From a virus (Duplodnaviria; Caudoviricetes): a stretch of 64,000 nucleotides of DNA. This document shows, piece by piece, positions 43,053 through 50,880 of the stretch. Location: IMG/VR virus record IMGVR_UViG_3300005444_000009, positions 2,191 through 66,190 of that record; one strand, 5' to 3'. The position numbers and the translations under genes were made by a program. The notes under the pieces were generated by a model. That model saw only the letters and a program-made list of their open reading frames with translations, was not told the DNA's origin and searched no databases. Position 1 is the stretch's first letter, and each line of letters opens with the position of its first letter.

Positions 43053-43897
43053 GAGGTTCATCAGGCGCACGGTTCATTGACAGTTCTCCCGTTATGATCA
43101 CTAAGCAAGACACGGCCGTTACCGGTCGACGTGTACGCGACCAGGGGATCTGGCTCCAGCAGCTGAACGAGTCGTCCGTGCTTCCTGTAGTCTTCGCGGT
43201 GCACCAGAATCGCTACGACATGGAGCGACTCGACGTCGGCACCATTCCCACCACGTGGGAGCAGACGTTCGAACTCTGCAGCGACATCATCGCTGAGTTG
43301 GAGACTCACCTGTGGTACAAGAACTTCAAGGGACGCGTGCCGCACCTCATGGAGTTCGACCGTGGTGAGCACAACGGCTACATCATCGACCTCCTGACGG
43401 ACGTCGGGCTGCGCAGCTACCGCCGAAAGCTTCACCAGTTCGTTGGGAACGTCGACTGGTTCGGCTACAAGACGCCGCGGGTGGCGCGTACGCACGGCGA
43501 CTGCATCATCGACAACGTCGCCTGGCGGCGCACCGAGTCAGAACTTAACAAGCTGGTGCTGCTCGACCCGATTCCTGCGACGTCGGCGCTACCCGACCTC
43601 GCCTGCGTCGACGTCGGCCGCGTCATCCAGTCCGCCGCTGGCTACGAGGTGACGCGCTACTTCGAGGACACGCGGCCGCTGCTCGGCATTCCACTCGATC
43701 AGCGTGTTGACGACGTCCTTAACGGCTGGCTAAGTGATGAGTTCTGTCTCAACGAGGTACGCGCGTCGCTTCACTTCAGCATCATTCACATGCTGCGCGG
43801 ACTACGCACGGCGCAGCGCGTCGCACCTAAGAGCTGTAAAGCTCTCGAGCTACTAGTCGATCAACTTGTGGAGGTTACAGAGACGTGGATGCAGTAA
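43049..43897 (+). CDS. APH/choline-kinase-fold phosphotransferase (putative sugar kinase)
   Basis: THGDCIIDNV and LLDP motifs. Confidence 0.75.
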   Translation: MRGSSGARFIDSSPVMITKQDTAVTGRRVRDQGIWLQQLNESSVLPVVFAVHQNRYDMERLDVGTIPTTWEQTFELCSDIIAELETHLWYKNFKGRVPHLMEFDRGEHNGYIIDLLTDVGLRSYRRKLHQFVGNVDWFGYKTPRVARTHGDCIIDNVAWRRTESELNKLVLLDPIPATSALPDLACVDVGRVIQSAAGYEVTRYFEDTRPLLGIPLDQRVDDVLNGWLSDEFCLNEVRASLHFSIIHMLRGLRTAQRVAPKSCKALELLVDQLVEVTETWMQ

Positions 43898-44610
43898 TCC
43901 TCGCCGGCGGCAGGGGACAGCGCGTCGCCGGCATTACCAAGCTGTTTCACAAGCCGCTGCTCGAGATCGAGGGTGAGCCTCTGCTCCTGCGCGCCGTTCG
44001 GCAGGCACGTAGCCTCGGCGTCGAGGTACCCGTAGTCGTTACGTCGCCAGCCATCGCCACGCTGGTAGCGCAGGTCCTCGGCGACGTACCCGCTAACCTG
44101 ATCATCCAGCGTGAGCCGCTTGGACCGGGCGACGCTCTTCGGGTCGGCCTGCAGGTGCGCAACCGCAGCGTCGGCAGCTACCGCGTTCTCGTGCTGCTGA
44201 GCGACAACTACACCAGCGACGCCGACCTCACCGCGGTCTGTTCGTACGAGGTCGCCGTCGGCGTGCACACCACCCCGCGAGCCGAGGCGCAGCGATTCAC
44301 ATGGTACGACCCCGACCGCGACACGTGGATCGAGAAGCAGACCATTCCCGACGGCTCACCCGTGGAGTGCTGGGTCGGACCGTTCGTGGGTTGGCGTAGT
44401 AAGATGGAACGCGTTATGAGTCGTGTGTGTGAAACTCGTAAGCTCAACGGCGGTGAGGCCCTCATCGGCCCGTACCTCGGAGAAATGACCAACGAGACGC
44501 GCACGGTTCGGGTTGAGGTCGACTCGATCGACGTCGGTACCGTCGAGTCTTACCAAGCAGTGAAGGAGCGAGTAGGTGACTCAAGTATTGCCGTCGGACG
44601 ATCCCACTGA
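43885..44610 (+). CDS. Sugar-1-phosphate nucleotidyltransferase
   Basis: VILAGGRGQR...HKPLL; LLSDN; DVGT. Confidence 0.85.
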   Translation: MDAVILAGGRGQRVAGITKLFHKPLLEIEGEPLLLRAVRQARSLGVEVPVVVTSPAIATLVAQVLGDVPANLIIQREPLGPGDALRVGLQVRNRSVGSYRVLVLLSDNYTSDADLTAVCSYEVAVGVHTTPRAEAQRFTWYDPDRDTWIEKQTIPDGSPVECWVGPFVGWRSKMERVMSRVCETRKLNGGEALIGPYLGEMTNETRTVRVEVDSIDVGTVESYQAVKERVGDSSIAVGRSH

Positions 44611-44737
44611 CGAGGCACTCAAGGGACACATCGAGGGAAACCCGTGGCCGTGCGCCGTCATGGTGTTGATCGTCTGTCTAACGTTCCTCGGCATATGCCT
44701 GGGGGGCGTCTACATGGTTGTGAATTTGAGGCAGTAA
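44576..44737 (+). CDS. 53-aa TM microprotein
   Basis: Not in ORF track. Hydrophobic C-terminal half; TAATG coupling to next gene. Confidence 0.5.
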   Translation: MTQVLPSDDPTDEALKGHIEGNPWPCAVMVLIVCLTFLGICLGGVYMVVNLRQ

Positions 44738-45402
44738 TGAACGCTATGGACACGTTCTCGCGCATGCTGAAGCTGCAGGAGCAGCTTCAAACCGAGTCAT
44801 TCGGGTACAACTTTCAGCAGATGCTGGCGTCCGAGCGCATCCAGTACGTCAAGGACATGAAGTTAGCCCTAGAGGCGGAGCTTCAGGAGGCGCTGGACGA
44901 GACGTGGTGGAAGCCGTGGACTAAGCCACGAGGTTCGTGGGTTAACCGTGAGGCCTACTTCGGCGAGCTGGTGGACGTACTCCACTTCTGGATGAACATG
45001 ATCCTGGTGCTCGGCGACGACCCGGAGGAACTCGCCAGTGAGATTTTCACGCGCTACTGCCTGAAGAATCACATTAACGAGCGGCGCCAGCGTGAAGGCT
45101 ACGACGGCGTCTCGACGAAGTGTGGCGGCTGCGGCCGTGCGCTAGACGACACAGCGGTCGCGTGTCGCCGTGTCGGCGATCAAGGGTGGTGCGCGTCTCG
45201 CAATGCAGACATCAACTATATCGGTGACGGCGCGAGTCGAGACGCAAAAGCTGAGTTGAAGCCAATTAAGCCGGTGATCTGTGAGCACTGCCGCTACACG
45301 ATCAACGAGCACGGCTGTGTTCCAGCGACGATCGAACGGTGGGGTCACTGCGGCGCCGACCAGCGGCAGCTGCCGCCGATCAAGCCACACGCGATACAGT
45401 AG
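44737..45402 (+). CDS. Dimeric dUTPase/dCTPase (all-alpha NTP-PPase) with C-terminal Cys motifs
   Basis: Start reassigned; ELQEALDETWWKPW and GELVDVLHF. Confidence 0.8.
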   Translation: MNAMDTFSRMLKLQEQLQTESFGYNFQQMLASERIQYVKDMKLALEAELQEALDETWWKPWTKPRGSWVNREAYFGELVDVLHFWMNMILVLGDDPEELASEIFTRYCLKNHINERRQREGYDGVSTKCGGCGRALDDTAVACRRVGDQGWCASRNADINYIGDGASRDAKAELKPIKPVICEHCRYTINEHGCVPATIERWGHCGADQRQLPPIKPHAIQ

Positions 45403-45406
45403 CATC

Positions 45407-46927
45407 GTGACGTATACCGCTATCGACTGTCAGGGATTCGCCGGAGGCTTCACGCTAGGAGTAGCGCAGGCTGGCTTTAAGCTGGTGGCTAAGCGTGAGA
45501 TGAAGGGTGGCTTCGGGGTTCGAAACTGCGAGGTCAACCGGCACCTCCTCGGCGACTCGTGGACAGTCGAGGCGGTCAACCCGGAGGCGTGGTCCGTGCC
45601 GCTCGGCGGCGCGGACCTCGTCTTTGGCAACCCACCCTGCTCAGGATTTAGCGTGCTCTCTACGAAGAGCTTTCGCGGCACCGACTCGAAGATCAACGCC
45701 TGCATGTGGGCCTTCGCCGAGTACGCGGCGCGGGTTCGTCCAGCGGTCGCCGTCTTCGAGTCGGTGCAGCTCGCGTTTACCCAGGGACGATCGCTGATGC
45801 AGGACCTGCGGACACGCGTCGAGGAGTTGACCGGTGAACAGTGGGAGCTCTGTCACGTGCTCCACAACGCCTACTCGGTCGGCGGACCGGCGATGCGTAA
45901 GCGCTACTTCTGGGTCATCAGTCGGATTCCGTTCGGCGTCGAGGTGCCGAGGTTTGACCGCTACCCCGTGCTCACCGACGTCATCGGCGACCTCGAGTTT
46001 CAGCCCGAGGCGTGGGAGGCACGACCGTACCGCGATGACGCTACGTGGTACTCAGCGCAGTTGAGGAATGTGTTCACGGGACGTGTGGACGGTCACATCT
46101 CGATCGATAACCCGAACACACGACGCACACGATCACTTCTCGCAGCGGTTGAGTGGAATCCCGGCGAGCACGCGCAGGTCGTGACTCGGCGCTACTTCGA
46201 CGAGCACGGCGATCTTCCACCCGGGTGGGAGCACCTCGTGGATAAGCTGAAGGGGCAGGACTTCTTTCAGGGATTCAACACTCCCACGATGTGGCGGCCC
46301 AGCGAGTGGGCACGCGTCATCACGGGCGCCGGTATGCTCAACGGCGTTCACTGGTCCCAGCAGCGCACATTTACGCACCGTGAGACGGCGCGAATCCTCG
46401 GGTTTCCGGACTCGTGGCTGATCGACCCGCTGCGCGGCGCACCTAACCTATTCCTCACCTGGGGTAAGGGCATCACGGTTCACTGCGGCCGGTGGATCGC
46501 AGAGTGGGTCAAGCGTGCGCTGGACGGTAGACCCGGAACGCACGTCGGTGAGGTCATCGGTGAACGTGAACATCGCATTGACGTAACAAACGCCTGGCGA
46601 GTGAACTGTGGTACAGTTAGCTCGACTACGATAATCAACCGGAAGGTGAGCACCATGACCGAAGCAGCCGTGGAAGAGGCTGTCGCAGCTCCGAAGGGCC
46701 GTCCTCGTCCCAACGACACCATCGAGCGGGACGAGCTGGTCTTTAACATCCTCGTCGAGCCGATGAGCCGTGAGACGCTCGCTCTGAAGCTCACCGAGGC
46801 GGGTACCCCGATGGAACCGAAGCTGATCTACCTGAGCCTCTACCGCCTGCGGCGGGACGGCCGGATTGAGGGCAAGCGCGCCGACGGCGCGCACAAGTGG
46901 TCTCGCGTCGAGGCTCCGGCAGCCTAA
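45407..46927 (+). CDS. DNA cytosine-C5 methyltransferase-like enzyme with C-terminal winged-helix domain
   Basis: Start reassigned to GTG 45407; GNPPCSGFS, FESV, RKRYF, RETARILGFP; atypical motifs I and X. Confidence 0.75.
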   Translation: MTYTAIDCQGFAGGFTLGVAQAGFKLVAKREMKGGFGVRNCEVNRHLLGDSWTVEAVNPEAWSVPLGGADLVFGNPPCSGFSVLSTKSFRGTDSKINACMWAFAEYAARVRPAVAVFESVQLAFTQGRSLMQDLRTRVEELTGEQWELCHVLHNAYSVGGPAMRKRYFWVISRIPFGVEVPRFDRYPVLTDVIGDLEFQPEAWEARPYRDDATWYSAQLRNVFTGRVDGHISIDNPNTRRTRSLLAAVEWNPGEHAQVVTRRYFDEHGDLPPGWEHLVDKLKGQDFFQGFNTPTMWRPSEWARVITGAGMLNGVHWSQQRTFTHRETARILGFPDSWLIDPLRGAPNLFLTWGKGITVHCGRWIAEWVKRALDGRPGTHVGEVIGEREHRIDVTNAWRVNCGTVSSTTIINRKVSTMTEAAVEEAVAAPKGRPRPNDTIERDELVFNILVEPMSRETLALKLTEAGTPMEPKLIYLSLYRLRRDGRIEGKRADGAHKWSRVEAPAA

Positions 46928-46945
46928 AACTTCACAGGAGGCGTC

Positions 46946-47278
46946 GTGACATCAGGCGCTGACGCTGACGGCCGGTCGTGGCAAGCGACCGGCCGTCACG
47001 ATCTTGAACCTGACTCCCGCACGGAGCTCGGCATTCTTCGCATCGAAACGAAGCTCGACGGCTTCATCCAGGTGCAGGCCATTCGCGACGAGGCGATCCT
47101 AAGAGAGATCAAGTATCTTCGCGACGCTCACACTACAACGTCGACCGACCATGAGGCTAGAATTCGAGCTCTAGAGGGCAAACGCTACGTAGAGCCAAAG
47201 ACGGTGTGGACAACTTTCAGCATACTTACCGCCTTAAGCAGCGTAATCGTCGCCATTGTGAGCCTAGCCACGCGGTAG
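46946..47278 (+). CDS. Coiled-coil plus C-terminal TM protein (lysis-associated)
   Basis: AGGAGG SD; upstream of the lysin gene. Confidence 0.6.
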   Translation: MTSGADADGRSWQATGRHDLEPDSRTELGILRIETKLDGFIQVQAIRDEAILREIKYLRDAHTTTSTDHEARIRALEGKRYVEPKTVWTTFSILTALSSVIVAIVSLATR

Positions 47279-47289
47279 GAGGTGACACA

Positions 47290-47403
47290 GTGAGTCTTGT
47301 TGATGATGAACCGCAGTTCGAGCCAGTCGAGCCAGTCGAGCCAGTCGATGAAGATGACGGTGGAAATTCTACGACGGACATCGATGTCGAGAGGGAAGAC
47401 TAG
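47290..47403 (+). CDS. 37-aa highly acidic peptide with (EPV)3
   Basis: GGAGGTG SD before GTG 47290; GAGCCAGTC x3 at 47320-47346. Confidence 0.5.
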   Translation: MSLVDDEPQFEPVEPVEPVDEDDGGNSTTDIDVERED

Positions 47404-47405
47404 TT

Positions 47406-48296
47406 ATGTCAACACGAGGAGTTGACTACACCGGCGGCGCAGATATCGCCGCGCTGGTCGCCGCGGGAATCAAGTTCGCGTGCCGCTACGGCGGCCCAGG
47501 CGGGTCGTGGAAGCACATCACCCCGGCGGAGGCGCAGGCTTTGAGCGCGGCCGGGATCGCGGTCGTGGCGAACGCCGAGGGGTCGGCGAGCGGCCTGATC
47601 GGCGGCTGGTCCACCGGTGTGGATTGGGCCCGCCAGGCGGAGGCGCATTTCGCCGCGTGCGGCATGCCACCAGACAAGCCGATCTACTTTAGCGTGGACT
47701 TCAACGTCACCTCGACGCAGTGGGAGGCGGTCGCCGCGGCCCTGCGCGGCGCGGCGGAGGTTCTGGGCGGGGTGCATCGCGTTGGCGTGTACGGCGGCCG
47801 TCGTGCGATCGAGTGGGCTCGCGGGAGTAATGTCGCGCGATGGTTCTGGCAGACCTACGCCTGGTCCAGCGGTGTGTGGATACCGGGTAATCACATCGAG
47901 CAGTACAGCAACGATGTCCCACTTGCGAGTATCCGGCTCGACCTCGACCGAGCTCTGACGAGCGACTACGGCCAGTGGATGATTGGAGATAATATGAGCG
48001 AATGGAGTCAAGCTGATCCGTACGGGCCAGATCCGGATGGCTTTAACCGGACGCCCGCGCAGAAGCAGCGCGACGATCACGCGGCGCTGTTCTTCGGTGA
48101 AAGACCGGTAACTGAAACAGGTCAGCCGGTAGGCCCGGAGCCGTGGATCGTAGCAAAGATGAACGAGATCGAGGCTAAGATTGGTGCACCTGCATCGGTA
48201 GACATCCCCGCGTTAGTCGCGGCGCTCAAGCCGGAGCTCGAGGCGGCGGCCGAGCGTGCGGTGCGCAAGGTTTTTGCGGATGGAGCGACGCCGTAG
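47406..48296 (+). CDS. Endolysin, DUF1906 (Rv2525c/GH25-like) glycoside hydrolase
   Basis: GVDY, FACRY, IYFSVDF, VGVYG, WFWQTYAWS. Confidence 0.88.
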   Translation: MSTRGVDYTGGADIAALVAAGIKFACRYGGPGGSWKHITPAEAQALSAAGIAVVANAEGSASGLIGGWSTGVDWARQAEAHFAACGMPPDKPIYFSVDFNVTSTQWEAVAAALRGAAEVLGGVHRVGVYGGRRAIEWARGSNVARWFWQTYAWSSGVWIPGNHIEQYSNDVPLASIRLDLDRALTSDYGQWMIGDNMSEWSQADPYGPDPDGFNRTPAQKQRDDHAALFFGERPVTETGQPVGPEPWIVAKMNEIEAKIGAPASVDIPALVAALKPELEAAAERAVRKVFADGATP

Positions 48297-48541
48297 TGAC
48301 CAGCATTCTCGAGAAGAAGCCACCACGGTACTGGGAGACCAGCGACTTCTGGAAGGACATCGGCGAGCGCGTCGTGACGTCTTACCTGATCGCGCTGGCG
48401 TTGCTGGTGACCGTCGCGGACTTCGACCTGTGGAGCGGTAAGGCGTGGCTCGGCGCGCTGGTCGGCGCCGGCATCTCCACCGTCAAGGCGCTCATCGGAG
48501 CGCTGCGCAAGAACTCGACCACACCCGTGAGCATCATTTAG
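48296..48541 (+). CDS. Holin
   Basis: FWKDIGERVVTSY motif, two TM helices, coupled to the lysin gene. Confidence 0.75.
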   Translation: MTSILEKKPPRYWETSDFWKDIGERVVTSYLIALALLVTVADFDLWSGKAWLGALVGAGISTVKALIGALRKNSTTPVSII

Positions 48542-48552
48542 TATTCACTAAG

Positions 48553-48583
48553 CGGCTCGCCCAAAAGAATCTTGGGCGAGCCG
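48553..48583 (+). terminator. Intrinsic terminator
   Basis: 12-bp stem followed by TTT. Confidence 0.75.
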
Positions 48584-48584
48584 T

Positions 48585-48613
48585 TTGCATGTGGTCATAC
48601 TGTGTTGTATGAT
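48585..48613 (+). promoter_or_regulatory. Sigma70-type promoter
   Basis: TTGCAT-N17-TATGAT immediately after the terminator. Confidence 0.7.
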
Positions 48614-48678
48614 TAATACGTAAGCCGCTGAACGACACAGAGCGAGTCAGCGCAGGGACTAGTGAGAAGAGATCAGAG

Positions 48679-48885
48679 ATGACGAAGGTCCAGATTAAGG
48701 ACGCCTACGGAAACACCTACGACGCAACGCTAGTCAAGGTTGCGCGAAAGTACGTCTACGTCCAGATCGACTTTGGCTTTGGCCTCGAGACCGTTCCATT
48801 TGAACGTCTTACTGGCCGCACCTCTCAAGGGTACGAAGAGAAGTACAACTCCACGCCGATGTTCTTGCAAAAGACGGCGAGGTAA
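48679..48885 (+). CDS. Small beta-rich hypothetical protein
   Basis: First gene after the promoter. Confidence 0.6.
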   Translation: MTKVQIKDAYGNTYDATLVKVARKYVYVQIDFGFGLETVPFERLTGRTSQGYEEKYNSTPMFLQKTAR

Positions 48886-48890
48886 TCGTA

Positions 48891-49289
48891 ATGAAGTGCG
48901 GACACTGCAAGGCCAAGCACGACACGGTCGCTCAGGTTCGAGCCTGCTCCCTGGGTCACGTTCAACCGACCGCGCCGCAGTTTCACCCAGTGACCGAGCC
49001 CGGGATGTACCGACGCGACGGCGAGATCTACCAGGTCGTTAAGTCGAAGAGCGACAGACTGTACGCTAAGCACCTGGTGTTCACGTATGTAAATGGGCAC
49101 GTCCACAAGATCGAGCTTGACTACAGCAAGGGTATGATCTTCAACATCCACGCCGAGGACCGCTTGACGATCGCCGAGGCCGCTGAGATCGGTAAGCTTA
49201 CCGCACACTGCGTGGTCTGCCGGAAGAAGCTCAAGGTCAAGAAGTCGATCGACGCGGGTATCGGTCCCATCTGCGCCAAGAAGGTGTGA
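48891..49289 (+). CDS. DUF6011-like zinc-binding protein
   Basis: CVVCRKKL...SIDAGIGPICAKK; N-terminal CGHC...H...C. Confidence 0.75.
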   Translation: MKCGHCKAKHDTVAQVRACSLGHVQPTAPQFHPVTEPGMYRRDGEIYQVVKSKSDRLYAKHLVFTYVNGHVHKIELDYSKGMIFNIHAEDRLTIAEAAEIGKLTAHCVVCRKKLKVKKSIDAGIGPICAKKV

Positions 49290-49290
49290 A

Positions 49291-49488
49291 GTGAGTCAAG
49301 AGCGCAACCTCGTTGGAACGTACCGTAGGCAGGGTACATTCCGTGCGCAGCACGCCGAGAAGAGCGGGCGTGCTGCGCAGCGGACTCCGCTGCCCCCGCG
49401 ATGCCGCGACTGTAGACTGCCTGGTACGATAGGTGTAATGATCGACGGTGTGAAGGAGTTCTTCTGCGCCGCGCACGTTGAGATCTGA
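49291..49488 (+). CDS. Small basic zinc-finger-like protein
   Basis: CRDC...CAAH. Confidence 0.55.
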   Translation: MSQERNLVGTYRRQGTFRAQHAEKSGRAAQRTPLPPRCRDCRLPGTIGVMIDGVKEFFCAAHVEI

Positions 49489-49502
49489 GGAGAAGTGAGA
49501 AG

Positions 49503-50489
49503 ATGACCGTAGAGATCGAGGACCAGACCCAGACTTACGCAGACGTGGACCAGGCGTTCAGTGCACGTGAGGTTCCCTGGATGAAGATGGGCAAGCTAAC
49601 CAGCGAGCCCGTGACAGCGGCTGAGGCCGCGGAGCTCGGGGGACTCAACTTCGAGGTGGAGATGCTCGACGTCGCGTACGTGTCCGGCACCATCGGGCAG
49701 AATCCGGTCTGGAAGCCCATCCCGACGCGCAAGGCGATCGTCGCCAAGGACAACGGTGACTTCATGGGGTTCGCGTCAACGAAGATGTACAACTCGCTGC
49801 AGTACGCGGAGGCGTTCAACTTCATGGACACCGTCGGGCTGCACTACGTCGCGGCAGGCACGCTGCGGAAGCGGCGGCAGGGCTTCATGGTCGTCAAGCC
49901 GGAGATCCAGTTTAACGTACTCGACGGCGACGACCCACATAGCCTATACGCGGTGCTTCGCACCAGTCACGACTGCTCGCGCGGCATCGAGGTGTCCGTC
50001 ATGCCTCTTCGCGAGCGCTGCATGAACCAGTTGACCCTTCGCACCTTCGCCAAGGACGCGCAGTACCGCTGGTCGATCAAGCACACCACCACGATGCACG
50101 CCAAGCTCAAGGAGGCACAGGACTCGCTCGCTAAGATCGGCATGTACGTCAAGCGGTTCGAGGGAATCGCCAAGCGTCTGGCCGACGTCACCGTCAGCGA
50201 GGACAAGGCGCACAACCTGCTGAAGATCGTCATCCCGCAGCCGAACGGCAAGACGGACCGGACCGAGGAGCAGTGGAAGGAGCGCCTGAACGACATCATC
50301 AACCTCTGGCAGACGGCGCCGACCGTAGCCTACGCGGGTACCGGCTGGGGGCTCATCAACGCGGTCTCGGAGCACTTCGACTGGATGCGCACTGGCGGAA
50401 CGCCCGAGTCTCGGTTCCTCAACGCACTCGAGGGTGAGACCCACAAGAAGGTCAACAAGATGGCCGGTCTTCTGCTTTCGGCGCACTAA
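49503..50489 (+). CDS. DUF932 (TIGR03299-like) protein
   Basis: PWMKMG, LRTSHDCS, RCMNQL, WGLINAVSEHFD. Confidence 0.85.
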   Translation: MTVEIEDQTQTYADVDQAFSAREVPWMKMGKLTSEPVTAAEAAELGGLNFEVEMLDVAYVSGTIGQNPVWKPIPTRKAIVAKDNGDFMGFASTKMYNSLQYAEAFNFMDTVGLHYVAAGTLRKRRQGFMVVKPEIQFNVLDGDDPHSLYAVLRTSHDCSRGIEVSVMPLRERCMNQLTLRTFAKDAQYRWSIKHTTTMHAKLKEAQDSLAKIGMYVKRFEGIAKRLADVTVSEDKAHNLLKIVIPQPNGKTDRTEEQWKERLNDIINLWQTAPTVAYAGTGWGLINAVSEHFDWMRTGGTPESRFLNALEGETHKKVNKMAGLLLSAH

Positions 50490-50797
50490 TGAAAGCTCAC
50501 TGGGAGCACCGAGCACTCTGTCGAAGAGTCAACCCGGAGGTGTTCGAGGACCCCGCGCACGAGGAGACGGCGCTGGCGATCTGCCAGCGCTGCCCCGTAC
50601 GCATTCAGTGCCTCGAGTATGCGCTCAACCTGACTCCAGCGCCCGAGGGCGTCTGGGGTCAGACCACGTTTGAGGAGCGTCAAAAGATCAAACGGGGCGG
50701 ACACCGCGCCTCGTGTCCCGGCTGCGGCGGCTACGACCTGTACAGCGACGGAGTCGCTGAGATCTGCGTGAGCTGCGGCATCTCGTGGCTGACCTAG
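50489..50797 (+). CDS. whiB-like: WhiB-family regulator with C-terminal zinc ribbon
   Basis: ALC...ICQRCPVRIQCL...GVWG; then CPGC...CVSC. Confidence 0.88.
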   Translation: MKAHWEHRALCRRVNPEVFEDPAHEETALAICQRCPVRIQCLEYALNLTPAPEGVWGQTTFEERQKIKRGGHRASCPGCGGYDLYSDGVAEICVSCGISWLT

Positions 50798-50835
50798 TCG
50801 TAATCACACCTCCTCAGACACCCGCTCGCAGGCGA

Positions 50836-50873
50836 AAGCCCGTCTCCTGGTAGTAACACCAGGAGACGGGCTT
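50836..50873. terminator. Bidirectional terminator at the convergence of the two arms
   Basis: 16-bp stem AAGCCCGTCTCCTGGT with 6-nt loop. Confidence 0.85.
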
Positions 50874-50880
50874 CCTACTT

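Noticed and set aside
47320-47346. GAGCCAGTC x3 as a regulatory repeat
   Set aside because: In-frame coding repeat (EPV)3 within a small ORF that has a good SD
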